Shown here: piece after piece, positions 9,757 through 18,876 of the stretch
How the letters are laid out: each line of letters starts with the position of its first letter
Position numbering within the stretch: the first letter of the stretch is position 1
DNA from: Syntrophobacterales bacterium
GTDB taxonomy: Bacteria; Desulfobacterota; BSN033; WVXP01; G020346125
Direction: 5' to 3'
DNA: 64,000 nucleotides
Assembly (NCBI GenBank): GCA_020346125.1
Contig: CP070774.1
Coordinates: 1,565,147 to 1,629,146, forward strand
The notes under the pieces: generated by a model
The model's database searches: none
The model's input: only the letters and a program-made list of their open reading frames with translations
What the model was told of the DNA's origin: nothing
Program-made: the position numbers and the translations under genes

Positions 9757-10836
9757 TTAATCTAGTGCCTTATCCAATAGATCCCAGAGGCCTTGGACGT
9801 CCACAAAGGTTCCCACTTCCCCAGCCAGCCTGCCCGCGGCTCTCAGGAGGGTTGGCTCACAGGTGGGACATACCGTGGTGATTATCTCGACGCCAACGCC
9901 AATGGCGTCTCTGGCGCGATTTTTTGCGATCTCAATTGAGAGGTCCGGGTCTACGGCATTTACCCCACCCCCACCCCCACAGCAGGTCGAAAAATATCGA
10001 TAGTTTTCCATCTCAACCAGTTGGATGCCTAAATGCCGTAAGATCTCCCGCGGCTCATCAAAAACGCCCAGCATACGGCCCAGGTGGCATGGATCGTGAT
10101 AGGTGGCCCGAAATCCGAGTGGCTTAACTGCTTGTTGCTTCTTACGCAATTGCTCGGCTACTGCCACGATGGCGTGTTTTACCGGCAAACCGTACTTCTC
10201 CTTCAGGGTGGCGGTACATGTTGGACAGAGGGTCAAGATCTCAGGGGCGCCCATCTGCTGATAGGTCTTTTTGAACTGCCCCTGGATCATCTCAAACTCC
10301 TTGTCAAAACCCGTTGCCTCCACGATATAACCACAGCAGGTTTCATCGGCGATCAAGGGATGGATATCGAGGCGCTCAAGAACCGAGAGGGCTGTTGCCA
10401 ATTCTCGCGGTTTTGAGCGGTATACACATCCCACATAAAGTGTGAATTGCCCATCCCTCTCGGGGGCGGCCCTTGCATCTAAGAGGCGACCTTCCTCGAG
10501 GATCCTTTCGACATTGCCCTTGTGAACCGGTGTTGGACACCCTCGGTGGACCATCTCCCGACGCATGGAAGTGATGATGTCCAAGTTATTCAATGCACAA
10601 CGGGCCTCACACAGTCCGCAAAGGAGGCATCGGTCGAGGATCTGGGTTATTTCCACAGAGGGGCTCAGGGTTTTCTCGATAAGCCCCCTTCCCACCAGCA
10701 TCTTTCCCCTACAACTGTAAGTCTCGTAGACCTTGACATGATAGACAGGACATTGCTCCCTACAGAATCCACAGCGGGTTCGATTACAGGTATAAATATC
10801 CTCCGTATAATCGTTTAAACTCTTCCCCTTCATCAT
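9757..10836 (-). CDS. (Fe-S)-binding CCG-domain protein, GlcF / HdrD-like
   Basis: CxxCxxC..CP ferredoxin motifs (CGFCREQCP, CLLCGLCEARC) and two CCG-type motifs (CCGY, PCH; STCCGGGGG, CPTC). Confidence 0.8.
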   Translation of the reverse strand: MMKGKSLNDYTEDIYTCNRTRCGFCREQCPVYHVKVYETYSCRGKMLVGRGLIEKTLSPSVEITQILDRCLLCGLCEARCALNNLDIITSMRREMVHRGCPTPVHKGNVERILEEGRLLDARAAPERDGQFTLYVGCVYRSKPRELATALSVLERLDIHPLIADETCCGYIVEATGFDKEFEMIQGQFKKTYQQMGAPEILTLCPTCTATLKEKYGLPVKHAIVAVAEQLRKKQQAVKPLGFRATYHDPCHLGRMLGVFDEPREILRHLGIQLVEMENYRYFSTCCGGGGGVNAVDPDLSIEIAKNRARDAIGVGVEIITTVCPTCEPTLLRAAGRLAGEVGTFVDVQGLWDLLDKALD

Positions 10837-12315
10837 CTACGTTACCCCTTTATGATCCTCGATCCACCGTGATTGGAACTTCTTTCCCGTGTTCATGATA
10901 TTCTTGGGGTCGAAGATCCTTTTGATTCGGCGCATATATTTCAAACCTGGTCCATGCTCCAACTGGTTAAACCCCCCCAGTCTGTCTCCATCCCCGATAT
11001 AAGTACTCATGGTACCATCCAGTTCGATGGCCATCTCGCTCATCTCTCGGACGTACTGGTAGAATTGGTGTACTTTGTCCTGGCTCGAGTCGTCCACAAA
11101 AACGGCGAAGCTTACGGAAGCCGTGGCCTTGTTCGGGGATTCATTATAGATTGTCATACCCAGAATCTCCTGATCACACTTCTCGGCAATCTCCAGATAG
11201 CGGCGATAGCCCTCCTCTAGGCGCCCTATGGGCAAACCGAGATCCGCCGCACCGAACTTCTTTTGGCGCTGACTATCTGGCCACTTCTGCTTAAAGGGGA
11301 TGAACTCCAGGCGATGCTTCGAGTCCCACCATCCCTCCACCAACTCCTGCTCCCTAACCAGTTGCGCATTTAATTCATCGGTCATGATTTGGGTGGCCTT
11401 ATCCACGGTGAAGGCCACGATATCCTCATCGCCGGCGAAAGATAGGAAGAGAATGGCGGCAGCCCATTCCGGAAGCTGAGGCTCTCTCCCATATTTCTCC
11501 CGGTATGAATGGGTATAGAAATGTAATCGATTTCGGCAGTTGGCATGGGCACTTTCTATGGCCAACCCACTTCCCAGAAGGCGTTCGATGCCCTTGGCGG
11601 TATCGTTGAGGCACCGGCATAGATATCCCCTTACCTCCCGTGCCTCGGGAATTGGGACGACGCGGAGGGTTGCTTCAGTAATGGTGCCCAGGGTTCCCTC
11701 GGAGGCGACCAATAGATCGAGCAATTTATATCCCGTGGAGGAAAAGCTCACCTTCCGTGGGCCTACCCTTACGGCTTCGGCGCGACCCGTAACAATAACC
11801 GCGTTTAGCAGACAGTCGCTGATTTTCCCGTAGCGAAGCCCGAAGGTCGAATCGTTATCACATCCGATAGAAGCTCCGATGGTACATGCTCGCTTCGATT
11901 CGGGTTGGTGAGGAAGCCATAGTTTATGGCGGGCCAACTCGTTATTTAAGACATCAATGATAATTCCGGACTGAACTGTCACCGTCATGTTTTGCTGATC
12001 GACCTCAAGGATGCGATTTAACCCCTTGGTCTCTATCATAATCCCGCCTTTCCAGGCAACTGCGCCTCCGCCCATCCCAGTGCCTCCTGCGAAGGCGACG
12101 AGGGGGATTTCGTACCGATGGGCAACCTTGGTGATTCGCACCACCTCTTGTGTATCGTTGGGAATTACGATGATATCGGGAAGATCATTCATCCCACGGT
12201 AACGTGGGCTCCAGTCTCGGCTGTAGGCCATCCTGTGAATGGGGGAGGTGGTTGCCCGATCGCCCACTATATCCTGAAGTTCTGCAAAGGCCTTATCGAT
12301 CTTTCCCATATTCAT
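10837..12315 (-). CDS. FAD-linked oxidase, GlcD / D-lactate dehydrogenase-like
   Basis: FAD_binding_4-type domain (PDIIVIPNDTQEV...IPLVAFAGGTGMGGG). Start placed at MNMGKIDK (ATG 12315), which overlaps the upstream stop as ATGA. The longer track ORF (to 12555) would overlap the upstream gene by 240 nt. Confidence 0.85.
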   Translation of the reverse strand: MNMGKIDKAFAELQDIVGDRATTSPIHRMAYSRDWSPRYRGMNDLPDIIVIPNDTQEVVRITKVAHRYEIPLVAFAGGTGMGGGAVAWKGGIMIETKGLNRILEVDQQNMTVTVQSGIIIDVLNNELARHKLWLPHQPESKRACTIGASIGCDNDSTFGLRYGKISDCLLNAVIVTGRAEAVRVGPRKVSFSSTGYKLLDLLVASEGTLGTITEATLRVVPIPEAREVRGYLCRCLNDTAKGIERLLGSGLAIESAHANCRNRLHFYTHSYREKYGREPQLPEWAAAILFLSFAGDEDIVAFTVDKATQIMTDELNAQLVREQELVEGWWDSKHRLEFIPFKQKWPDSQRQKKFGAADLGLPIGRLEEGYRRYLEIAEKCDQEILGMTIYNESPNKATASVSFAVFVDDSSQDKVHQFYQYVREMSEMAIELDGTMSTYIGDGDRLGGFNQLEHGPGLKYMRRIKRIFDPKNIMNTGKKFQSRWIEDHKGVT

Positions 12316-13499
12316 AGGCTTTTCTCCGTGAACGGTAGGAGGCCATGATTTGTCCCTAAAAATCTCCGGCGGGAAAGGATTTCCAGATAGGGAGATGGAG
12401 TTCCATCTAAGATGAAATCTGAGATGATTTGACCTGTTGCTGGGCCCATCTGAATTCCCGCTCCACTGAAACCGGTGGCGCAGAGGAACCCCTTCACCTC
12501 CGTCTCCCCTAAGATAGGAAGACAATCGGGGGTAACTGTGCGCAACCCAACCCATCCCTGGACCAATTGACTATCGTTAAAGGAGGGCAACTTTTCATTA
12601 ACCCGCTTGATGATGAAATCCTTGAATGCATCATCAGGCTTTTCCTTATACTCGTAATAATCATCTGGATCAATAGGGCCACTATCCGCATCGAAGGCCT
12701 TATCCAATTTCCCCAACAGGATTAATCCCCCTGTCTCCTCCCGAAAATAGAAACCGGTGCTCATATCCAAGGTCATGGGAACAACGCGGGTGAGCCTTGT
12801 TTTAGGCCTGACGGCAAGTATCTGCCCCCTGATGAGTTTGATCGGCATCGTTGAACCAACCATTTTTGCAATGATCCCAGCCCATGGACCTGCCGCGTTG
12901 ATCACGGTGGGGGCTTCGATCTTCCCCTTATTGGTCATCACCCCTCTTACCCTCTCCCTTTCCACAATCACCGCCTCCACTTCTGTACCGACTTCCACCT
13001 CGATCCCGGCATCCCTGGCTTGTTTGGCCATTGCGGTGGTCAACAGGTAGGGATCCAGATAACCATCATCGGGTGTAAAAGCGGCTCCTGAAACGTCACT
13101 GACGGTCAACTGGGGGATGATTTTAAGCAGATCCTGGCATTCCAACCAATGGACTTGGACGCCTGCCCCTTTTTGTAGACTGAGATTCTGCCTCAATCGG
13201 TCTGCCTCCTCATTTCCATGGCACAAATGGATAAATCCGATTTTGTTAAAATCGAGCCGCATTTGCGATCTTTCATCGAGATGACGAATCGTCTCCAAGC
13301 TCCATTGGATCAATTCGATTTCCACCCGAGTGAAATGCTGGAGGTAGATGACCCCCACGGATTTGCTGGTCGATCCCGAGCAGAGAGCCTCCTTTTCCAG
13401 CAGGACTACCCTGAATTTCCTCGGCTTCTTTAAGCCCAAACAGTAGGCGATGGATACGCCCACAATTCCTCCGCCAATAATGACAACATCTGCGATCAT
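12312..13499 (-). CDS. FAD-dependent oxidoreductase (DAO family), first gene of the operon
   Basis: MIADVVIIGGGIVGVS Rossmann start with GGAGGAGG 11 nt upstream, and GFSGAGIQMGP motif. A GTG at 13520 is an alternative start. Confidence 0.8.
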   Translation of the reverse strand: MIADVVIIGGGIVGVSIAYCLGLKKPRKFRVVLLEKEALCSGSTSKSVGVIYLQHFTRVEIELIQWSLETIRHLDERSQMRLDFNKIGFIHLCHGNEEADRLRQNLSLQKGAGVQVHWLECQDLLKIIPQLTVSDVSGAAFTPDDGYLDPYLLTTAMAKQARDAGIEVEVGTEVEAVIVERERVRGVMTNKGKIEAPTVINAAGPWAGIIAKMVGSTMPIKLIRGQILAVRPKTRLTRVVPMTLDMSTGFYFREETGGLILLGKLDKAFDADSGPIDPDDYYEYKEKPDDAFKDFIIKRVNEKLPSFNDSQLVQGWVGLRTVTPDCLPILGETEVKGFLCATGFSGAGIQMGPATGQIISDFILDGTPSPYLEILSRRRFLGTNHGLLPFTEKSL

Positions 13500-13680
13500 G
13501 GCCACCCAATCCTCCTCCACTCCATGTTCAATAATATCACAATCTCTTTTATTACCTCAAATATTACCTCAGAATAAATAAATGGATTTTGAGGGGAATT
13601 TATGCTAACGATTTCAGAAACCCCGTGATTTAGGGTTGGCAAAAGATTTCAATGCAATGAAATTATCGTAGGGGGTTAAG

Positions 13681-14347
13681 ATGTCCACCATGGTAAAAAG
13701 GATCTCACGAGAGATCGTCAGCGGTCATATCGAAGAGTCGATAAGGGCCGTGAGAGAAGCCCTTCAGCATGAGATTCCACCCCAAGAGATTCTCGATGAT
13801 GGGCTGATACCGGCAATGGAAAGGGTGGGATTTCTCTTCCAAGAAGGGGAGATATTCATCCCCGATGTCTTTTTTTTCGGCAAAAGCCATGCACGGCTCA
13901 ATGGATATCCTTCGCCCGCTGCTCGCTCCATCGAAATTAATGGAGATGGGAAGCGTGGTCATCGGGACGGTATTGGGTGATATCCACGACATTGGTAAAA
14001 GGTTAGTCGCGATGATGTTAGAGGGGGCTGGATTCACCGTGATCGACTTAGGGGTTGAAGTCCGTCCCGAAGCCTTTGTCCAGGCAGTCAGAGTGCATCA
14101 GCCCAATATTGTGTCCATGTCGACCCTCCTAACCACAACCATGACGAATATGGGTGCAACCATCGAAGCACTCCTCAAGGCCGGGGTGAGGGACGAGGTG
14201 AAGGTATTGATCGGTGGGGCACCTGTAACGATGGATTTCGCAGAAGAGATTGGGGCCGATGGATATGGTTCCAATGCCTCAGCGGGCTTGAAGGAGGCCA
14301 AGGGATTATTAGGAGTCCTCAGGGGGGAACAGGGGGGAGGCAGATAG
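13681..14347 (+). pseudogene. methyltransferase cognate corrinoid protein (B12-binding cap plus Rossmann domain), frameshifted
   Basis: The cap domain in frame 1 (13681-) and the B12-binding domain with DxHxxG (GDIHDIGK) in frame 2 (13865-14347) join only if the T8 run at 13870-13877 is read as T7, giving ...IPDVFFSAKAMHGSMDILRPLL... Confidence 0.8.
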
Positions 14348-14357
14348 CGAGATTGAT

Positions 14358-14853
14358 ATGGAGAAAGCCATGAGGGTAAATGTGGGTGAAACGACTCATT
14401 TCAGGGCACTCTCAGAGAACCAAATCGAGGAAATCCTCGGTGCAGGACTGGAGATCTTGGAGAGGGTGGGCGTGAAGGTGAATGATGAGGAAACTCTCAT
14501 GCTACTCGAAAAAGGGGGTGCACGGAGGGAGGGGGAAACTCTTGTCAAAATCCCCTCCGCTATGGTACAGAGGGCACTCCAAACCGCACCTCATCGTGTT
14601 GTTTTGGCAGACCGCGAGGGCCAACAAAACCTCGTTCTCGAGAAGAATCGGATTTATTTCGGGACAGGATCCGATTGTCCATACCTCATTGACCCCTATA
14701 CTGATGAGAGGCGCCCATGCCTATTCGATGACGTGCTCAGGGGTGCTAAGGTTGCGGATGCCCTCGACCACATCGATTTTTTCATATCCCTTGGCCTCGT
14801 CTCCGATGTCCCTCGTTTGACCTACGACCGCCACCAATTTCTGGCCATGGCTT
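14358..14853 (+). pseudogene. MttB-superfamily (trimethylamine / quaternary-amine) methyltransferase, N-terminal third only
   Basis: About 165 aa with good MttB-family character (...YFGTGSDCPYLIDPYT..., DHIDFFISLGLVSDVP...). After ...QFLAMA the reading frame becomes the antisense of the DUF362 gene and loses all similarity. Family members are about 470-500 aa. Confidence 0.7.
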
Positions 14854-14897
14854 GGCTTTGTGTTTTTGCGGGAGGGTATGTGATGATGGATTGGCAC

Positions 14898-16103
14898 TTA
14901 TTCTTCCGTTTCCTCCAAGGATTTTTCCGCATACATTCGCCTCACCTTTTCCCTCCCCCCTATAATGGCATTAACCACATATGCGTTATTGGGCGGACAA
15001 CCCCTGACGAACCGCCTCCCTCTTTTATCCCCTGGTACACATTGCCCGACGGCCACGATTTCATCGCTCGGGATAGCCTTTGGAATATCGGGATCTCCCG
15101 TTATTACGGTCACCCCGGGTAGGTATTTCAGCTGGCCCGCATTTCTCATGTCTACAAGAGCGCTCATTACGGTATTTCGGCAGCCAGTACAGGTGACTCC
15201 CCCGAAGAGGAGGGAAAACCCATCAACCTCAACGGGATCATCCTCTACTGACCTCATAAACCTCCTCCTCACATTCTCCAAAGACTCCCCCGCGAGCTCT
15301 ATCATTTCATTATCCATAACGCCTAAGCCCCGTTCAGCGGCAAATTTTGTGATTAATACCTCCTCTGGTTTATATCCCATAATCTGGCCACATATGGAAT
15401 CAACGGCGACCAGGTCCTTTCCCGCAACGATGAGATTCATCTCAACGGGGCGTCCGAAAATGGGACCCAACCCCTCTTGGCAGAGAATGGCATCGACGAT
15501 GGATAGTCTCGGTTTAAATAGCATATTGATATCGACGACACCCTTGAAAACCCCTGTTCTATGCATCCGTCGCTTCTGTTCATCGGTTACCAAGCCTTTC
15601 AGCTTTTTCAAACTACACGTGAGCTCCGTCTGATCGTGGGTCTTCATCTTCGGCAGGCTAATGATGACATCGGCTCGGGTGACCAGTTCGAAGGTTTCCA
15701 TCTCCTTCAGGATCTCTCCCCCCTCAATGCCTACCGTAACCTTCGTTGTGGACTTCAAGTCGATGACTTCATAGTCCTCTGTCCTCAGTTCTCCATAACC
15801 CGAGTTGGTTATTACCTTTTCCGTATCGACCCCGACGGCAGATGACTCCGCTATGATGGGCCGTGACCCAAAATCCTGTACGATATCTGCGACAGCTCTG
15901 GTTACCTCCGGGCTGGTGATCACCGCTGATTGAGGATCTGTGGGTGGCGCTACCAAGGTAGGGTTAATGAGAACCAGGTCTTTCCGGGAAATGGTATCAT
16001 CGAGACCCCCGATAAGGTCAATGGCCTGCCTTATCGCCCCCTCAATCTCCTTTCCAGAGGGACTTTTAGGAGTCCTTACAATGGATACCTTGCTCCTCGG
16101 CAT
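14898..16103 (-). CDS. DUF362 domain protein with C-terminal Cys-rich segment
   Basis: 401 aa. DUF362-type core (LPKMKTHDQTELTCSLKKLKG, DAILCQEGLGP). C-terminal CTGC...C...GC cysteines. Confidence 0.75.
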   Translation of the reverse strand: MPRSKVSIVRTPKSPSGKEIEGAIRQAIDLIGGLDDTISRKDLVLINPTLVAPPTDPQSAVITSPEVTRAVADIVQDFGSRPIIAESSAVGVDTEKVITNSGYGELRTEDYEVIDLKSTTKVTVGIEGGEILKEMETFELVTRADVIISLPKMKTHDQTELTCSLKKLKGLVTDEQKRRMHRTGVFKGVVDINMLFKPRLSIVDAILCQEGLGPIFGRPVEMNLIVAGKDLVAVDSICGQIMGYKPEEVLITKFAAERGLGVMDNEMIELAGESLENVRRRFMRSVEDDPVEVDGFSLLFGGVTCTGCRNTVMSALVDMRNAGQLKYLPGVTVITGDPDIPKAIPSDEIVAVGQCVPGDKRGRRFVRGCPPNNAYVVNAIIGGREKVRRMYAEKSLEETEE

Positions 16104-16467
16104 CGTACTTTCCTCTTCAAGATAAGGCCTCGTGAGACATTTAGACTCCTATGAATACCTTCTAAACCGCCTCTCCCAACGGTCCGCCTCATCCGTTTTC
16201 CCCTATGATTTCGATTCATACTACTTTTTAAGGGGATTAGATGTCAAGGCCAAAGGGTACGATGCTGGCCCCTTCCCGAGTGGGCGATATAAAAAACACA
16301 CTTCTATAAATTCCACAAAAACATAGAACTCCTGGAGCAAATCTCGTCCTCCCTTCGCATGAGATTGATCATCGGGTTCCCTATGCATTTTACTATTAAA
16401 AAGGCCTGGACAAAAATAGGAGGGATGTGGTAAAAAAAGCCAGAATAGTGATGTTACTCCCCTACCG

Positions 16468-17118
16468 ATGGAATCGTTTCGGTACATAGTGATAGAAGGC
16501 CCGATCGGGGTTGGAAAGACCAGCCTTGCGAAACGGTTGTCTCCTCCGTTTAAAGCCAGATGTATCTTGGAGGCGCCAGAGGATAACCCGTTTCTCCATA
16601 AATTTTATCGAGATCGAAAAAAATACGCCTTTCAAACGCAGCTCTTCTTCCTGTTGAACCGATATCAACAACAGAGGGAGATTAGACAAATCGACCTCTT
16701 CAACCAGGTCACCATAACTGATTACCTGTTTACCAAGGATAGGATCTTCGCATATCTGAACCTGGACGAAAATGAACTAGCCTTATATGAGCGGGTTTTT
16801 GCCTTACTAAACGGGAGGATTCCCACCCCTGATTTAGTGATCTTTTTGCAGGCGAAACCGGAAACGCTGCTCGCCCGAATCAGGGTACGAGATATCGAAT
16901 ATGAAAGAGAGATCGACATTGAATATCTCCGAGCCTTGAACCAAGCTTATAATACCTATTTTTTCCACTATGAAGAGAGCCCCCTTCTCGTTGTCGATAC
17001 TAGCGAAATCGATTTTGTAAACAAAGAGGAAGATCTGGAGAATCTCATCCGGGAAACCCGCTCCATGAGGAGGGGGACCTGGTACTATAAGCCGCTTGGA
17101 TCCAAGAATTTGGACTGA
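16468..17118 (+). CDS. deoxynucleoside kinase
   Basis: P-loop IEGPIGVGKTS, then the ERS/DRY-like region and LID region typical of the dNK family. Confidence 0.85.
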   Translation: MESFRYIVIEGPIGVGKTSLAKRLSPPFKARCILEAPEDNPFLHKFYRDRKKYAFQTQLFFLLNRYQQQREIRQIDLFNQVTITDYLFTKDRIFAYLNLDENELALYERVFALLNGRIPTPDLVIFLQAKPETLLARIRVRDIEYEREIDIEYLRALNQAYNTYFFHYEESPLLVVDTSEIDFVNKEEDLENLIRETRSMRRGTWYYKPLGSKNLD

Positions 17119-17132
17119 GACGGAAGGAATGG

Positions 17133-17188
17133 GGTCTCTGGAAAACTTGAAAAAGGAGCAGAGAAGAGCTCCTTTTTCAGAGATCTCG
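17133..17188. repeat. dispersed palindromic repeat, family 1, copy B (short form); doubles as a bidirectional terminator-like hairpin
   Basis: GGTCTCTGGAAAACTTGAAAAAGGAGC AGAGAA GAGCTCCTTTTTCAGAGATCTC. Stem AAAAAGGAGC/GCTCCTTTTT. The left arm matches copy A. Confidence 0.55.
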
Positions 17189-17318
17189 AAATCTTAATTT
17201 TACAATCAGGGGGAGTCTCCCTTGGACAGAAGTCCTTCTGGAAACAGTCCGGAAGGACTTTTTTGGGAGGGAACTATCGGGCAAAGAGAGGCGCGATGAA
17301 GGAGGGAGGAAAGACAGG

Positions 17319-18167
17319 ATGCAAATTGTCTCAACAATAAAGGAGATGTGCTCCATCTCGGAAGGAGTTCGAACGGCTGGGCAAATCATTGCATTGGTTC
17401 CCACTATGGGATACTTTCACGAGGGCCATCTTAGCCTTATGAGAGAGGGGAGAAGGAGAGGGGATGTTTTGGTCGTGAGCCTCTTCATTAACCCCGCTCA
17501 ATTTGGGGAAGATGAAGATTATGCGAGTTACCCCCGGGATTTCTCAAAGGACAAAAACATCGCCGAGGGAATTGGAGTTGATATCCTCTTTGTCCCCACC
17601 GTGGAAGAGATGTATCCAGAAGGTTACCAGAGCTTTGTGGAAGTAGAAACGGTCACCAAACCCATGGAGGGTCAATTTAGGCCAACTCACTTTCGCGGCG
17701 TAACCACGGTGGTGGCTAAATTGTTCAACATCGTCAGGCCCCACAGCGCTATATTTGGGGAGAAGGATTTCCAACAATTGGTAGTCATCCGTCGAATGGT
17801 CGAAGACCTCAATATGGGAGTCGAAATCATCGGAATGCCCATCGTAAGGGAACGGGATGGCTTGGCAATGAGCTCTCGAAACACGTATTTGACCTTCGAG
17901 CAACGAAAAGCAGCCCTAAACCTTAACCGGTCCCTCCAGAAGGCCTCCCAATTCTTCCGCTCAGGGGAACGGAATCCAAAGAGAATTATCGAGGCTGCAA
18001 AAGAGGTAATCGAACGCGAACAAGACGTAACCATCGAGTATGTGGAAGTCCGCGATGCCAAGACCTTGGAGGAAATCGAAATCATAAGGGAAGAGGCTGT
18101 CATCGCCTTGGCAATGAAAGTGGGGAAGGTGCGGCTGATTGATAACCTCGTCTTTAGAGACCCATAA
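17319..18167 (+). CDS. panC: pantoate--beta-alanine ligase
   Basis: PTMGYFHEGHLSLM HIGH-type motif and full-length PanC pattern. Confidence 0.95.
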   Translation: MQIVSTIKEMCSISEGVRTAGQIIALVPTMGYFHEGHLSLMREGRRRGDVLVVSLFINPAQFGEDEDYASYPRDFSKDKNIAEGIGVDILFVPTVEEMYPEGYQSFVEVETVTKPMEGQFRPTHFRGVTTVVAKLFNIVRPHSAIFGEKDFQQLVVIRRMVEDLNMGVEIIGMPIVRERDGLAMSSRNTYLTFEQRKAALNLNRSLQKASQFFRSGERNPKRIIEAAKEVIEREQDVTIEYVEVRDAKTLEEIEIIREEAVIALAMKVGKVRLIDNLVFRDP

Positions 18168-18180
18168 CCGAATTGATTAT

Positions 18181-18243
18181 TGGAAGATTGGAATAATGGA
18201 ACGATGGAAAATACTGGAATAGTGGAATAATGGAATAATGGGT
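18181..18243. repeat. TGGAAT-rich repeat, family 2 (imperfect 8-mer TGGAATAA array)
   Basis: TGGAAGATTGGAATAATGGAACGATGGAAAATACTGGAATAGTGGAATAATGGAATAATGGG. Related motifs occur at 4419-4443 (reverse), 4555-4571 and 46446-46474. Confidence 0.55.
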
Positions 18244-18498
18244 TGAAAGGAAGAGAAACAAAAAATTTGTTCTTTCAGCCTTTGATACCCAATATTCCAT
18301 GTGGTCTATTCAATCATTCCATGTGGATAGCACAAATCGATCGTGACAAAAAACCTATGAGTTCATTATATTGTAGAAATTTCGACGAGTTTATTTCGTG
18401 CTCAGAACTCGCCTTCCCACCTTTTCCGACAGCTCATTGGCTTTACAGCTGATTGAATTCCTAACGAGGGAAGAGATGTCGTTGTGGAAGCCAAGTCG

Positions 18499-18876
18499 TT
18501 ACTTCGACTTAGGCTTTTCCGCCTTTTCTTTCTTCTTGGCCGGTTTTTTCTTCGTCGTTACCTTTCGGGCCTTTGGTGCAGCTTTTTTTGCGGCCTCTTT
18601 TTCGGGCGTGGCCTCAGCCTTCTTGGCCGGTTTTTTCTTCGTCGTTACCTTTCGGGCCTTTGGTGCAGCTTTTTTTGCGGCCTCTTTTTCCGCCACGGGG
18701 GCGGCCTTTTTTCGGGGTTCTCTCTTCACAACGGGCTTCTTTTTGGCCTCGGCCTTAATGGTTTGTACCTCTCCTTGAAAGGGTGCGCTTTTTGCCTCCA
18801 TCTTTGCCCTCAACTTCAGCCGCTTCCTTCTTCTCCTCCGTCGCCTTGCTAACTCCCTATCCTTTTCCCGCATCAT
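18499..18876 (-). CDS. histone H1-like lysine/alanine/proline-rich basic protein
   Basis: 125 aa. Arg-rich N-terminus, then KKAAPKARKVTTKKKPAKK repeats. Strong SD (AGGAGG) before the tandem ATGs. The antisense Phe-rich ORF has no SD. Confidence 0.65.
   Translation of the reverse strand: MMREKDRELARRRRRRRKRLKLRAKMEAKSAPFQGEVQTIKAEAKKKPVVKREPRKKAAPVAEKEAAKKAAPKARKVTTKKKPAKKAEATPEKEAAKKAAPKARKVTTKKKPAKKKEKAEKPKSK
18535..18690. repeat. intragenic tandem duplication: two perfect 69-bp copies at an 87-bp period
   Basis: CTTGGCCGGTTTTTTCTTCGTCGTTACCTTTCGGGCCTTTGGTGCAGCTTTTTTTGCGGCCTCTTTTTC occurs at 18535-18603 and again at 18622-18690. Confidence 0.9.

Noticed and set aside
12316-12555. 5' extensions of track ORFs: 10837..12555, 21714..23030, 51772..53322, 30861..31721, 43549..44370.
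   Set aside because: The extensions overlap the preceding gene by 40-240 nt and have junk-like sequence. Internal ATGs with an SD and family-typical N-termini were preferred.
13625-13660. Sigma-54 promoter-like TGGCA...TGCA upstream of the corrinoid gene.
   Set aside because: The GG-to-GC spacing does not fit the -24/-12 geometry (TGGCAAAAGATTTCAATGCA).
14854-15122. C-terminal 90 aa of ORF 14358..15122, considered as part of a functional short MttB.
   Set aside because: The sequence after ...QFLAMA is the antisense of the DUF362 gene's 3' end and has no MttB similarity. It is interpreted as read-through after a truncation.
18398-18778. Plus-strand Phe/Ala-rich ORFs across the tandem repeat, and the possibility that the repeat is a CRISPR or minisatellite.
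   Set aside because: They are the mirror image of the Lys-rich coding strand, which has a strong SD. There are only two repeat units, in frame and within a CDS, with no spacer architecture.
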